Of a stretch of DNA of 44,366 nucleotides, positions 8,586 to 18,260 are shown one piece after another. Below the pieces are notes generated by a model that was not told the DNA's origin, made no database searches, and worked only from the letters and a program-made list of their open reading frames with translations. The DNA is taken from NCBI GenBank assembly GCA_041492755.1, contig JBGPXN010000018.1, forward strand, positions 1 through 44,366, written 5' to 3'. A program made the position numbers and the translations under genes. The DNA comes from Candidatus Methylomirabilia bacterium (GTDB lineage Bacteria; Methylomirabilota; Methylomirabilia; Rokubacteriales; CSP1-6). Positions within the stretch are counted from its first letter, which is position 1. Every line of letters starts with the position of its first letter.

Positions 8586-9361
8586 GCGTCGTGGGCGAGG
8601 CCAAGATCCAGATCCAGCGGGTGAGCAAGACGTTCGACAGCGCGGCCGGGGGCGCGCCAGCGTTGCTGGAGGCCGACCTCGACGTCGCCGAGCGCGAGTT
8701 CGTCTGCATCCTCGGCCCCTCGGGCTGCGGCAAATCGACGCTCTTGAACATCGTTGCCGGATTTTTCGCGCCGACCTCGGGCGTGGTGCGGGTCGACGGC
8801 CGGCCGGTGACGGGGCCGGCCCCCGAGCGCGGCGTGGTCTTCCAGGAGTACGCGCTCTTCCCCTGGCTGACGGTGGCCGGCAACGTGGAGTTCGGTCCGG
8901 TGGTGCAGGGCCGCGCGCCGGGCGAGCGGCGCGCGGCGGTGGCGCGCTATCTCGAGCTGGTGGGGCTCTCCGCGCACGCCGAGAAGTTTCCGGCTCAGCT
9001 CTCGGGCGGGATGAAGCAGCGCGTCGCCATCGCGCGCGCGCTCGCCAACGACCCGGCCATCATCCTGATGGACGAGCCGTTCGGCGCCCTCGACGCCCAG
9101 ACCCGGGAGGTGCTGCAGGACGAGCTGGGGCGCATCCAGCGGGTCGAGCACAAGACCGTGCTCTTCGTGACCCACTCCATCCGCGAAGCGGTCTACCTGG
9201 CCGACCGCATCGTGGTGATGACGTCGGCGCCCGGACGCATCAAGCAGGTGTTCACGCTCAAGCTGCCCGAGGTGCGGGACCGGTTCGCGCCGGAGTTCAC
9301 CCACTACGAGAGCCAGATCACCCGGGTCGTGAAGGAAGAAGTCGCGAAGGTGCGCGAATGA
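8582..9361 (+). CDS. ABC transporter ATP-binding protein (NitT/TauT type)
   Basis: GPSGCGKST, LSGGMKQR, MDEPFGALD, VTH; GTGA overlap with upstream permease. Confidence 0.95.
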   Translation: MSVVGEAKIQIQRVSKTFDSAAGGAPALLEADLDVAEREFVCILGPSGCGKSTLLNIVAGFFAPTSGVVRVDGRPVTGPAPERGVVFQEYALFPWLTVAGNVEFGPVVQGRAPGERRAAVARYLELVGLSAHAEKFPAQLSGGMKQRVAIARALANDPAIILMDEPFGALDAQTREVLQDELGRIQRVEHKTVLFVTHSIREAVYLADRIVVMTSAPGRIKQVFTLKLPEVRDRFAPEFTHYESQITRVVKEEVAKVRE

Positions 9362-10110
9362 TGGCCCGGGTCTGCGCACTGCTCGGCGCGCTCGTCGCGT
9401 GGGCGCTGCTCACCCACGGCAACGCGCTCGTGGGCTGGGTGAACCCCGCGGTGCTGCCGACCCCCCTCGAGGTCGGACGCGTGGCCGTCGAGATGACGCG
9501 CGCCGGTGAGCTGCCCCGTCACCTGCTCACGTCGCTGGGCCGGATCGCCCAGGGCTTCGGGCTGGCCGCGGTCGCGGCGCTTGGTCTCGGCGTGCTGTGC
9601 GGCATGTCCACGCCGCTGCGGGTGATGGTCGAGCCCGTCATCGAGTTCGTCCGGCCCATTCCGCCCCTGGCCTTCCTGCCGATGTTCCTGGTGTGGTTCG
9701 GCCTGGGCGAGACGTCGAAGGTCGCCTTCATCGCCTACACGACGTTCTTTCCGATGTTCATCGCCATCGCCGCCGCCGTCCTCCGCGTCGACGTCGCCCT
9801 CCTGCGGGCGGCCGCGAGCCTCGGCGCCTCCCGGGCCGACCTCGTCCGCCGTGTCATCGTGCCGTCGGCGCTGCCCGGCATCATCGTCGCGCTCCGGCTC
9901 GGCGTCGGGCTCGCGCTCTTCGTCATCGTCGGCGCCGAGTTCATGGGCGCCGACGCCGGGCTCGGCCACCTCATCATGGAAGGACGCACGTTCTTCAACC
10001 CGGCCCAGATCGTCATGGGCGCCATCGTCATCGGGCTGCTCGGATCGCTCATCAACGCGCTGCTGCTCGCCCTCGAGCGTCGTCTCCTGCGCGGGCAGCG
10101 GGCCACCTGA
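9358..10110 (+). CDS. ABC transporter permease (NitT/TauT type)
   Basis: RPIPPLAFLPMFLVWFGLGE, AAASLGA, GLGHLI. Confidence 0.92.
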   Translation: MMARVCALLGALVAWALLTHGNALVGWVNPAVLPTPLEVGRVAVEMTRAGELPRHLLTSLGRIAQGFGLAAVAALGLGVLCGMSTPLRVMVEPVIEFVRPIPPLAFLPMFLVWFGLGETSKVAFIAYTTFFPMFIAIAAAVLRVDVALLRAAASLGASRADLVRRVIVPSALPGIIVALRLGVGLALFVIVGAEFMGADAGLGHLIMEGRTFFNPAQIVMGAIVIGLLGSLINALLLALERRLLRGQRAT

Positions 10111-10139
10111 TCTTCGTGATCACCGAAAGGAGTCATCGC

Positions 10140-11171
10140 ATGCGTATCCTGCTCGCGGTCCTCACCGTGTTCGCCACGCTGGCCGGCGCCGACGACGCCC
10201 GGGCCCAGAAGCCGGAAGTCGCCGAAGTCGATGCCTGGCTCGTGCGCGATGCCCAGATGTCGTCGCAGTTCGCGGTCGCCGACCAGATGGGGTATTTCAA
10301 GGCGGAAGGCATCAAGGTGAACCCGCGCTGGTACATCGCCGGTACCGACCTGCCGTCGATGTGGGGTGCGGGCAACATCCACCTCGGCACCGCCACCGCG
10401 ACGATGGTCGTCCCCATCGCGGCCTCCGGGCAGGCCATCTACAACATCGCGCCCCAGAGCGACATCGCGGGCACCCAGCAGATCATCCTGGGCAAGAAGG
10501 GCCAGGAGATCGTCCGCAACCCCAAGGACTTCGAGAAGCTCAAGGTCGGCATGCCGAAGGGCGCCTCCGTGACCATGGCCGTCCAGTCGTTCGCCAGGGA
10601 CACCGGCGTTGACTTCAGCAAGATCCAGTTCGTGAACCTCTCGCCCCCGGATTCGATCACCGCGCTCGCCAAGGGTGACATCGACGCCATGGCCGGGTGG
10701 GCGCCGTGGGTGTTCAACGCCGTCAAGCACGCCGGCGGGAAGTTCTATTTCAGCGGCAACCGCAGCGCGATTCCCGGCAAGGAGGGCCAGGTGGACTGGA
10801 TGCACGTCCACGCCGGCGTGATCGCCAGCGGCAAGATGCTCAAGGAGAACCCCAACACGCTCAAGGCCGTCCTGCGCGCGCTCCGCAAGGCGACCGACAC
10901 CATCAACAAGGATCGCGAGGCGGCGGTGAAGATCGTGGCCAAGGAGATGAAGATGGAGGAGGGGCTGGCGCGCGACATCATGGCGCTCAACATCTACTCC
11001 ATGGAGATGAACGACAAGATCCCCAGGGGCATGGGCGAGTTCGTCGACTTCCTGTACTCGCTCGAGCGCATCAAGACGAAGCTCCCGACCGAGAGCCTCT
11101 TCTACACCAAGCTCCTCGAGGAAGTGGACCCGACGCTGGTGAAGTGGAAGGCGAAGACCGAGGTCAAATAG
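10140..11171 (+). CDS. ABC transporter substrate-binding protein (SsuA/THI5/NMT1-like)
   Basis: SD aaggag; signal peptide ending ARA; GYFKAEGI, ALAKGDIDA..WAPW. Confidence 0.88.
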   Translation: MRILLAVLTVFATLAGADDARAQKPEVAEVDAWLVRDAQMSSQFAVADQMGYFKAEGIKVNPRWYIAGTDLPSMWGAGNIHLGTATATMVVPIAASGQAIYNIAPQSDIAGTQQIILGKKGQEIVRNPKDFEKLKVGMPKGASVTMAVQSFARDTGVDFSKIQFVNLSPPDSITALAKGDIDAMAGWAPWVFNAVKHAGGKFYFSGNRSAIPGKEGQVDWMHVHAGVIASGKMLKENPNTLKAVLRALRKATDTINKDREAAVKIVAKEMKMEEGLARDIMALNIYSMEMNDKIPRGMGEFVDFLYSLERIKTKLPTESLFYTKLLEEVDPTLVKWKAKTEVK

Positions 11172-11223
11172 CTCCCGCACCCGCACCGAAGCGAGATCGA
11201 GCAGCAACCCGGGGTTGAGGGGT

Positions 11224-11320
11224 GTCGAGGAGCGCCCGGGCTGTCGAGGCGCGCCCCGGGGCACCCGGGGCGCGCCCGAGCGTGGGGGGGTATGGGGGGC
11301 CATGTCGGGGCCTCCCATGT
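11224..11320 (-). repeat. REP-like palindromic element, family A copy 1
   Basis: Reverse complement reads atgggaggccccgacatggccccccatacccc..acgctcg..gccccggg..ccgggg..cctcga; shared with copies at 25651, 33506 and 34181. Confidence 0.85.
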
Positions 11321-11325
11321 GGTGA

Positions 11326-12960
11326 TCAGAACATCGAAAAGTCGACGGCCTTTTCGGTGAGGAACTCCAGCAGCGCCGGCGTGCCCTCGCGGGTCTTGGC
11401 CACCGCGCGCTTGATGGCGGGCACGATCTCTTTCGGCTCCATCACGCGCTCGCCCCAGCCGCCCAGCGCCTTCGCGAAGTCCGCGTAGTTGCCACTGATG
11501 TCGGTGGAGCGGTACTTCTCGGTCGCGGTCGCCATCACCTTGAGCTCGATGGCCATCGAGAAGTTGTTGAGCAGGACGGACAGGATCGGGATGCGCTCGC
11601 GCACGGCCGTCTCGAAGTCCATGCCGGTGAAGCCGATGGCGGCGTCGCCCCACACGTTGACGCAGAGCTTGTCGGGGGCGGCGAGCTTGGCGCCCATGGC
11701 CAGGCCGAGGCCGTAGCCGAGCTGGGTGGTCTTGCCCCAGCCGATGTACGTCAGCGGGGCCACCGGCTCCCAGAACGGCGAGATCTGGTCCCGCGGGCTG
11801 CCGGCGTCGTGGGTGATGATCGTGTTGGCGACGTCCACCGTGTGCATGAGGTCCCACAGCACGCGGTAGGGCGAGAGCGGCTTGGTGTCCTGCGTCAGTC
11901 GCGGCATCCACTTCGCGAGCCAGTCGGCCTTGAGCTGCTTGATCTCCTGGGTGACCGCGGTGAGCCGGCCGCGCGGGCCGCCCTTGAGCCGGTCGCGGAC
12001 GTCGATGAGCAGCGCATCCAGCGTCAGCGCCGCATCGCCCACCAGCCCCAGGTGGGCCGGGACGTCCTTGTTGATGTCGGTGGGGTCCAGCGTGGCGTGC
12101 ACGAGCTTCGTGCCCTTCGGCATGGCGACGCCGTAGTTGGTGATCGAGAAGCTGCAGCCGATGCCGAAGATCAGGTCCGCGTTGTTCAGGAAGTGGTGGA
12201 GCTGCGCCGAGATCGAGCGGCCGCCCGAGCCGAGCGACAGCGGATGGTTCTCGGGGAACGCGCTCTTGCCCTGCAGGCTGGTCGTCACCGGCGCCTCGAG
12301 CAGCTCGGCCAGCTCGCGGAGCTGCGTCCACGCGCGCGCGTAGTGCACGCCCTGGCCCGCGTAGATCACGGGCCGCTCGGCCGCCACCAGCGCCTCCGCC
12401 ACCCGCGCCACGTCACGCGGATCCGGGGCGCTGCGGAGCTTCGGTGCCGGCGTGTAGGTCCAGCCGTCCGGCACCTCCTCGCGGAGCACGTCGATCGGGA
12501 ACTCCAGCAGCACCGGCCGCGGGCGGCCGTTGCGCGCCTGGGTGAACGCGCGCCGCATGGCCTCGGGGGCGTTCTCGGGAAGGATGACCTGCTCGGCCCA
12601 CTTGGTGATGTGCTGGTAGTTGAGGAAGGAGCTGAAGTTGGGGGGGATGTTGAGGATCTTTCTTGGATACCCGCCGGCCAGCACGATGATCGGCACGGAG
12701 TCGCCGTACGCCTGGGCGACGCCGCCGAACGAGTTCTCGGTGCCGGGTCCGTGCTGGTTGGCGAACACGCCGATGCGATCACCGGAGGTGATGCGGCTGA
12801 CGGCGTCGGCCATGTGCAGCCCGGTGCGCTCCTGACGGACCATGATGGTCCGGATGTCGGCCTCGGCGGCCGCCTCGATGATCGGGTTCACCGGGTAGCC
12901 GATGAGGAACTTGATGCCTTCGCGCTTGAGGACGTCGGCGACGACAGCGGCTGCTTTCAC
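11326..12960 (-). CDS. Thiamine-diphosphate-dependent enzyme (acetolactate synthase-like family)
   Basis: RQERTGLHMADA, HGPGTEN, ThDP motif GDAAIG...LLNN; GTG 12960 after SD gggagg. Confidence 0.9.
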   Translation of the reverse strand: MKAAAVVADVLKREGIKFLIGYPVNPIIEAAAEADIRTIMVRQERTGLHMADAVSRITSGDRIGVFANQHGPGTENSFGGVAQAYGDSVPIIVLAGGYPRKILNIPPNFSSFLNYQHITKWAEQVILPENAPEAMRRAFTQARNGRPRPVLLEFPIDVLREEVPDGWTYTPAPKLRSAPDPRDVARVAEALVAAERPVIYAGQGVHYARAWTQLRELAELLEAPVTTSLQGKSAFPENHPLSLGSGGRSISAQLHHFLNNADLIFGIGCSFSITNYGVAMPKGTKLVHATLDPTDINKDVPAHLGLVGDAALTLDALLIDVRDRLKGGPRGRLTAVTQEIKQLKADWLAKWMPRLTQDTKPLSPYRVLWDLMHTVDVANTIITHDAGSPRDQISPFWEPVAPLTYIGWGKTTQLGYGLGLAMGAKLAAPDKLCVNVWGDAAIGFTGMDFETAVRERIPILSVLLNNFSMAIELKVMATATEKYRSTDISGNYADFAKALGGWGERVMEPKEIVPAIKRAVAKTREGTPALLEFLTEKAVDFSMF

Positions 12961-13070
12961 GGTGGGCCTCCCTCTCGCCCGGGCATGCCCGGGGGCCCAG
13001 GCATAGTACGGCATCCCGGCTTTCGTGTCGTGGCCGGCGCCGCCGCCGGCGGTGATATTCTTCCGGCGCA

Positions 13071-13868
13071 GTGAGCCTGCCGAAGGTCGTCGTCAAGGGC
13101 GTGAGCGTGACGTTCGAGGGCCACGGCCACGCGGTCCCGGCCCTGGACCGGATCTCGCTGGACGTCGCCACCGGTGAGTTCGTCTGCGTCGTCGGGCCAA
13201 GCGGCTGCGGCAAGTCCACGTTGCTCCGGGTCATCGCCGGCCTCGTCCGTCAGAGTGCGGGCGACGTTCACATCGCGGCGGCGCGGCCGGGGACACCGCT
13301 GACCGCCATGGTCTTCCAGGAGCACGCGCTGCTGCCGTGGCGGACCGTCCTCGACAACGTCACGTTCGGACTCGAGAACCGTGGGGTGCTGCGCGCGCCG
13401 CGCGAGGCGCGCGCGAAGGAGATGCTGGCGCTGGTCGGGCTCACGAAGTTCGCGCGGCACTATCCGCATCAGCTCTCCGGCGGCATGAAGCAGCGCGTCG
13501 GCATCGCGCGGGCGCTCGCGAACGATCCCGAGGTGCTGCTGATGGACGAGCCGCTGGCCGCGCTCGATGCCCAGACGCGCACCATCATGCAGGAGGAGCT
13601 GCTGCGCATCTGGTCCACCCTCGGCACGACCGTGATCTACGTCACCCACTCGCTCGAGGAGGCGCTCCTGCTCGGCGACCGCATCGTGCTCCTCACCGCG
13701 CGCCCGGGGCGGGTGAGCGAGGTCTTCCCCGTCGATCTCGGCCGGCCGCGCGGCCTGGAGATCCGCGGTTCCGGCACCTACGGCGTGCTGCTGGAGAAGC
13801 TCTGGTCGCAGCTCCGCGAGGAGGTCGTGCGGGCGATGGCCGAGGAACGTGGCGGGGGCCAGGCATGA
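13071..13868 (+). CDS. ABC transporter ATP-binding protein (NitT/TauT type)
   Basis: GPSGCGKST, LSGGMKQR, MDEPLAALD. Confidence 0.95.
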   Translation: MSLPKVVVKGVSVTFEGHGHAVPALDRISLDVATGEFVCVVGPSGCGKSTLLRVIAGLVRQSAGDVHIAAARPGTPLTAMVFQEHALLPWRTVLDNVTFGLENRGVLRAPREARAKEMLALVGLTKFARHYPHQLSGGMKQRVGIARALANDPEVLLMDEPLAALDAQTRTIMQEELLRIWSTLGTTVIYVTHSLEEALLLGDRIVLLTARPGRVSEVFPVDLGRPRGLEIRGSGTYGVLLEKLWSQLREEVVRAMAEERGGGQA

Positions 13869-14245
13869 AGGGCCCGAGCCGGGCCGACCGGGTCATCGAT
13901 CTGAATGGGCGCGCCCAGGCCATCCTCGTGCAGGACTCATCTCTCCTGGCGCAACATGCGGAACGGGTGACGGCTCTGGCGCTCCGGCATCGGTTGCCGA
14001 CCCTTTCCCAGATCCCTCGCTTCGCCGAGCGCGGCGGACTTCTTCAGTATGGCGCCGACGTCCTCGAGATGTTTCGGCGCAGCGCCACCCACGTGGACAA
14101 GATCTTGAGGGGCGCTAAAGCGGGCGACCTACCCGTCGAGCAGCCGACCAAGATAGACCTGATCGTCAATATCAAGACAGCCAAGGCCCTCGGCGTCACG
14201 ATTCCTCCGGCCATCCTCGTCCGAGCCGACCGGGTTATCGAATGA
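13865..14245 (+). pseudogene. C-terminal fragment of an ABC_sub_bind (putative Trp/Tyr-type) substrate-binding protein inside an unrelated operon
   Basis: GGLLQYG...VDKILRGAKAGDLPVEQPTKIDLIVNIKTAKALGVTIPPAILVRADRVIE; lacks signal peptide and the N-terminal part; more A/T-ending codons than its neighbours. Confidence 0.8.
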
Positions 14246-15030
14246 GCGGCGTGCGTGTGCGCGGTCGCTGGCTCGCCGAGCACTGGATCGCGATCCTCTC
14301 GCCGGTCGGTCTCGTGGTCGCCTGGCAATGGGCGAGCGCGTCGGGCGTCCTCCGCGAGGTGTTCTTCCCGCGTCCGACGACCGTGATTACGCATCTGGGC
14401 CGGCTCGTCGCCGACGGCACGCTGTGGGCGCATACCGCCGCCACGCTGGGCCGCGTCGCCTGGGCCTTCGCGCTCGCCGCGATCCTCGGCGTGGCGGTCG
14501 GACTGGCGATGGGGCTCTGGCGCCGGCTGCGCGACGGGCTCGATCCCGTCTTTGCCGTCGTGTACCCGATCCCGAGCGTGCTGTTCCTGCCGCTGGTGAG
14601 CTTCTTGCTGCCGGCGGGCGAAGTCGCGACGATCGTCACCGTCGCCGTGACCTCGTTCTTCCTCGTCGCGCTCACCACCACGCACGGCGTCCGTCAGATC
14701 GACCGCCTCGTGCTCGAAGCGGCCACCCACTACGGCGCGCGGGGCTGGCGGCTGTTCGCGACCGTGCTGCTGCCCGGCGCGCTGCCGTTCATCTTTACCG
14801 GCCTGCGCCTCGGGCTCGGCTACGCGCTGATCGTGGCGGTGGCGGTCGAGATCGTGTCGGCCAACCGTGGGCTCGGCGCCTTGCTCTGGCTCTCATGGCA
14901 GGTGCTGAAGGTCGAGGACATGTACGCGACGTTCCTGGTCATCGCGCTGCTCGGGGCGGTTCTCTCCTACGGGCTCGCCGCGTTGCGCGCGCGCCTCCTG
15001 CCATGGGTGCAGGACGTGGGGGAGCGCTGA
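14242..15030 (+). CDS. ABC transporter permease (NitT/TauT type)
   Basis: YPIPSVLFLP, EAATHYGA, FTGLRLGLG. Confidence 0.92.
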   Translation: MSGVRVRGRWLAEHWIAILSPVGLVVAWQWASASGVLREVFFPRPTTVITHLGRLVADGTLWAHTAATLGRVAWAFALAAILGVAVGLAMGLWRRLRDGLDPVFAVVYPIPSVLFLPLVSFLLPAGEVATIVTVAVTSFFLVALTTTHGVRQIDRLVLEAATHYGARGWRLFATVLLPGALPFIFTGLRLGLGYALIVAVAVEIVSANRGLGALLWLSWQVLKVEDMYATFLVIALLGAVLSYGLAALRARLLPWVQDVGER

Positions 15031-15031
15031 C

Positions 15032-15775
15032 GTGGCGATCGCCGTGCCCGTCGCATTCCTCGCGCTGTGGGAGCTCGCGTCGCGCCTGGCCGTCCTGTCG
15101 CCGCGCTATTTCCCGCCGCCGACGCTCGTGGGGCTGGGCGTGGTCGACGGGCTCACCACCGGTGACCTCGGTGCTCACCTCGTCACCACGCTCACCCGCC
15201 TGGTGGTCGCCTTCGTCCTGGCGGCGGTGTCCGGCGTGCCGCTGGGGCTCCTGATGGGGATGCTCCGCCCCGTCCGCGACGCGGTGGATCCCTACATCGC
15301 GTTCCTCTTCCCCGTGCCCAAGATCGCGATGCTGCCGTTCCTGTTGATCCTGCTCGGCGTCGGCGAGCCGGCGTTCGTGGTGACGGGCGCGATCTCGGCG
15401 TTCTTCCAGATCGTCATCAGCACGCTGGCCGGCGTGCAGACGATGGACCCGCGGCTGGTCGAGGTCGGTCACAACTACGGCGCCCACGGCGGGCGGCTGT
15501 TCCGGAAGATCATCCTGCCCGCCGCGCTCCCGTCGATCTTCACCGGCCTCCGGCTCGGGCTCGGGCTGGCGCTGGTCACCATCGTGGCCGTCGAGTTCAT
15601 CACCGCCAAGTCGGGGCTCGGCCACCTCGTCTACCGCCACTGGCAGATGCTCAGCACTACGGAGATGTACGGCGCGTTCGCGCTCGTCGGCGCGCTCGGG
15701 CTCCTGTTCACGCGCGGTCTCGGCGCGCTGCAGCGACGGGCGCTCGCCTGGCAACAGGACGTGGGACTGCTATGA
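15032..15775 (+). CDS. ABC transporter permease (NitT/TauT type)
   Basis: FPVPKIAMLP, EVGHNYGA, FTGLRLGLG. Confidence 0.92.
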   Translation: MAIAVPVAFLALWELASRLAVLSPRYFPPPTLVGLGVVDGLTTGDLGAHLVTTLTRLVVAFVLAAVSGVPLGLLMGMLRPVRDAVDPYIAFLFPVPKIAMLPFLLILLGVGEPAFVVTGAISAFFQIVISTLAGVQTMDPRLVEVGHNYGAHGGRLFRKIILPAALPSIFTGLRLGLGLALVTIVAVEFITAKSGLGHLVYRHWQMLSTTEMYGAFALVGALGLLFTRGLGALQRRALAWQQDVGLL

Positions 15776-15878
15776 CGTGGACGGTCGGCCTCGGACCTGG
15801 TGCACCCCGGATTTCCAACCGACGTGGACGTTGTTTCCACCAACGTGGACACGCGACGTACCGACAGGGGAGGATGAT

Positions 15879-16886
15879 ATGAGGGTTCGTATCGTTGCGC
15901 TCGTGGTGATGCTGGCCCTGGCCGCCCTGATTACCACGGCTCCCGACCTCGATGCTCAGGGGCCCGGGATCAAGATCGGGTTCATCCCGTCCGATTCGTT
16001 CGCGGCGCTGTACATCATGGCCGACCGCTACCTCACGCCCGCCGGCATCAAGGCGGAGATGGTGCGGCTGCCCGGCGGCGCCGAGATCACCACCCAGGTC
16101 GCGACGGGCCAGCTCCAGATGGGCGGCGCCGGCATGGGCGCGGCCGGCTTCAATGCGGCGGCCGCGAAGCTGCCGATCGAGTTCCTCGGGCCGCTGCACC
16201 TCGGCTACGTCGAGGACTACTTCACCGTGCGCAAGGCCGTGTGGGGCTCGCAGGTGAAGCGGATCGCCGACCTGAAAGGCCACCCGGTCGGACTGAACAC
16301 CAAGGGCGCGGCCGTCGAGTGGATGCTCGACCAGGTGCTCCGCCGCGACGGCATCACGATCAAGGACGTCCAGGTCAAGATCATGCCGTTCCCGGACATG
16401 GTGCCCGCGCTCGAGTCGGGCGCCATCGACGCCGCCATCCTCACCGAGCCGTTCCCCACGCTGGCGGAGGACAAGGGCGTGGCGGTGCGGCCGCTGCCGC
16501 GGCCCGCCGGCGCGAAGCCGACGCCGATCACGGCGGCGTTCTGGAACGCGGAGTGGGCCAAGGCCAACGCCGACCTTGCCCACAAGGTGATGCTCGGGTA
16601 CGTGCGCGCGGTGCGGGACCTTGCGGCGGACGGCGGCAAGGGATGGAGCGACGATCGCAACGTCGACGTGATCGTGAAGTACACGGGCGCCAAGCGCGAG
16701 GTCATCAAGAAAGCGCGGCCGCACGTCGCCGACGCCAACCTGGAGCTCGACGCCTCCGTGCTCGACAGCATGCAGAAGCTCAACGCCGAGCTCGGCTATC
16801 TCAAGTACACGGAGTTCCTCTCGGCCGACAAGCTCTTCACCTTCACGCATCGCGACCGCGCGATCCGCGAGCTGGGACGACGCTGA
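15879..16886 (+). CDS. ABC transporter substrate-binding protein (SsuA/NMT1-like)
   Basis: SD ggggagg, signal peptide, IADLKG, ALESGAIDAAILTEPF. Confidence 0.88.
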   Translation: MRVRIVALVVMLALAALITTAPDLDAQGPGIKIGFIPSDSFAALYIMADRYLTPAGIKAEMVRLPGGAEITTQVATGQLQMGGAGMGAAGFNAAAAKLPIEFLGPLHLGYVEDYFTVRKAVWGSQVKRIADLKGHPVGLNTKGAAVEWMLDQVLRRDGITIKDVQVKIMPFPDMVPALESGAIDAAILTEPFPTLAEDKGVAVRPLPRPAGAKPTPITAAFWNAEWAKANADLAHKVMLGYVRAVRDLAADGGKGWSDDRNVDVIVKYTGAKREVIKKARPHVADANLELDASVLDSMQKLNAELGYLKYTEFLSADKLFTFTHRDRAIRELGRR

Positions 16887-17037
16887 CGGCGCGCGGCGAC
16901 CGACACGGCGAGGTCTGACTCCGGGTCGGCGGCGGGAAAGCGTTCCAGGAACGTTTCGGGGCGCCGCGCGTCTGGAGCCAGGCGCCGGTACGGCCTATGA
17001 TTCCGCGCGCCCGTCTGCCGTACGGCCGTGACTCCGC

Positions 17038-17085
17038 TTGACCCGTTCGCCGGTGGGGGCTATTCCAAGGATTTCCCAAAATCCT
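17038..17085 (+). promoter_or_regulatory. sigma70-like promoter with a downstream operator-like palindrome
   Basis: ttgacc-17 nt-tattcc (17038-17066), then aggattt-ccca-aaatcct (17068-17085). Confidence 0.4.
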
Positions 17086-17161
17086 GAATCTCTTTCAAGG
17101 CGGAGCAGGCACGCGGGTGCCCGCCGCTCCGCACGTGCGCGTCGCATCGAACGGGAGGCCG

Positions 17162-17177
17162 TGGCGTGCGATATGCA
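17162..17177 (+). promoter_or_regulatory. Putative sigma54 (-24/-12) promoter
   Basis: tGGcgtgcgatatGCa: GG-10 nt-GC spacing as in TGGCACG-N4-TTGC. Confidence 0.5.
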
Positions 17178-17231
17178 CAACCTCCCGTTGCCCGGCGGAC
17201 ACCAGATCGGTCCACGGCGAGGAGGCCGTCA

Positions 17232-17444
17232 ATGGTTCGCAACGTGATGCGGTTGCGCCCGCAGCTTCACCTGCCGCTCAGACGTGTCGCGCTCTGCCTG
17301 GATTGCGAGGTCTGCTTCGAGCTCGGCCCCGCCTTCTGCCCGGCGTGCGGCAGCCGGACCTGGACCGCGATCGCCCGCTTCCTGGAGCACGTCGCGGATC
17401 CGACGCTCGAGGAAGCGCTCGCCCACACGCCGGTCGCGGCCTGA
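17232..17444 (+). CDS. Small CxxC-CxxC zinc-ribbon protein (70 aa)
   Basis: SD ggagg at 17221; CLDCEVC...CPACGS. Confidence 0.75.
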   Translation: MVRNVMRLRPQLHLPLRRVALCLDCEVCFELGPAFCPACGSRTWTAIARFLEHVADPTLEEALAHTPVAA

Positions 17445-17454
17445 GGCGCGGCGA

Positions 17455-18198
17455 TCAGGCCGCGAACACCCTCCGGAAGAGCGTGACCGCGTCGGCATAC
17501 GCGTGGTCGGTCGCTTCCGGATCGTAGCGCGCTCCCTCGTCGCGCATGAACGCGTGCTCGGCGGGGTAGAGCCGCACCGACACGCGCGTTCCCGCCCGCC
17601 GAAGCTCTTCCTCGATCCGCGTCCGCGCGTCGGGCGGCACGTGCGGATCGTTCGTGCCGAACACGAGCAACAGCTCGCCCTTGATCTCCTTCGCGCGCGC
17701 GAGCGAGCCGGCGTCGCGATCGGCGCCGAGCTCGCCGTCGTGCACGCCGGTCGGGTAGTAGCACACCGTCGCGCGCGCGGCGGGCTGCAGCGCGCCGCGA
17801 AACGCGAGGTGGCCGCCGATGCAGAAGCCGAGCACGCCGAGCTGGCCGGGCCGCACGCGGGGATGGCGGCCGAGATGATCGAGCACGGCCCGCGCGTCGG
17901 CGTCGAAGTTGCGCACGGGCGTGCGCTTGGCCTGGTCCAGGCCGAGGGTCCGGCCAGCATCGTCGAACGGGATGACGGTGCCCGCCGGCAGCGTACGGTG
18001 ATAGATCTCGGGGGCGGCCACCACGAAGCCGTAGCCGGCCAGCCGCTGGCAGGCCCGCACGTGCGGACCGGTGAGCTGGAAGATGTCCGAGTAGCACAGG
18101 ATGCCCGGATACGTGCCCGCCGCCGCCGGCGTCACCACCAGCGTGCGCATGGCGCTGCCGTCCACCTGGATGCTCGCGTACTCCGTCGTCACGACCAT
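17455..18198 (-). CDS. Dienelactone hydrolase family protein
   Basis: GFCIGG nucleophile elbow, FGTNDPHVP, AEHAFMRD; SD ggaggag before ATG 18198. Confidence 0.93.
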   Translation of the reverse strand: MVVTTEYASIQVDGSAMRTLVVTPAAAGTYPGILCYSDIFQLTGPHVRACQRLAGYGFVVAAPEIYHRTLPAGTVIPFDDAGRTLGLDQAKRTPVRNFDADARAVLDHLGRHPRVRPGQLGVLGFCIGGHLAFRGALQPAARATVCYYPTGVHDGELGADRDAGSLARAKEIKGELLLVFGTNDPHVPPDARTRIEEELRRAGTRVSVRLYPAEHAFMRDEGARYDPEATDHAYADAVTLFRRVFAA

Positions 18199-18260
18199 CG
18201 CGCTCTCCTCCCCGGGGCGCCGGTTCGCGCCCGGAGCAGTATGGTATGATCTATCGCACG

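Noticed and set aside
11326..12960. Specific call as ilvB or sulfoacetaldehyde acetyltransferase (xsc) given flanking TauT-type transporters
   Set aside because: Motifs support only the ThDP family; no ilvN or pathway genes nearby
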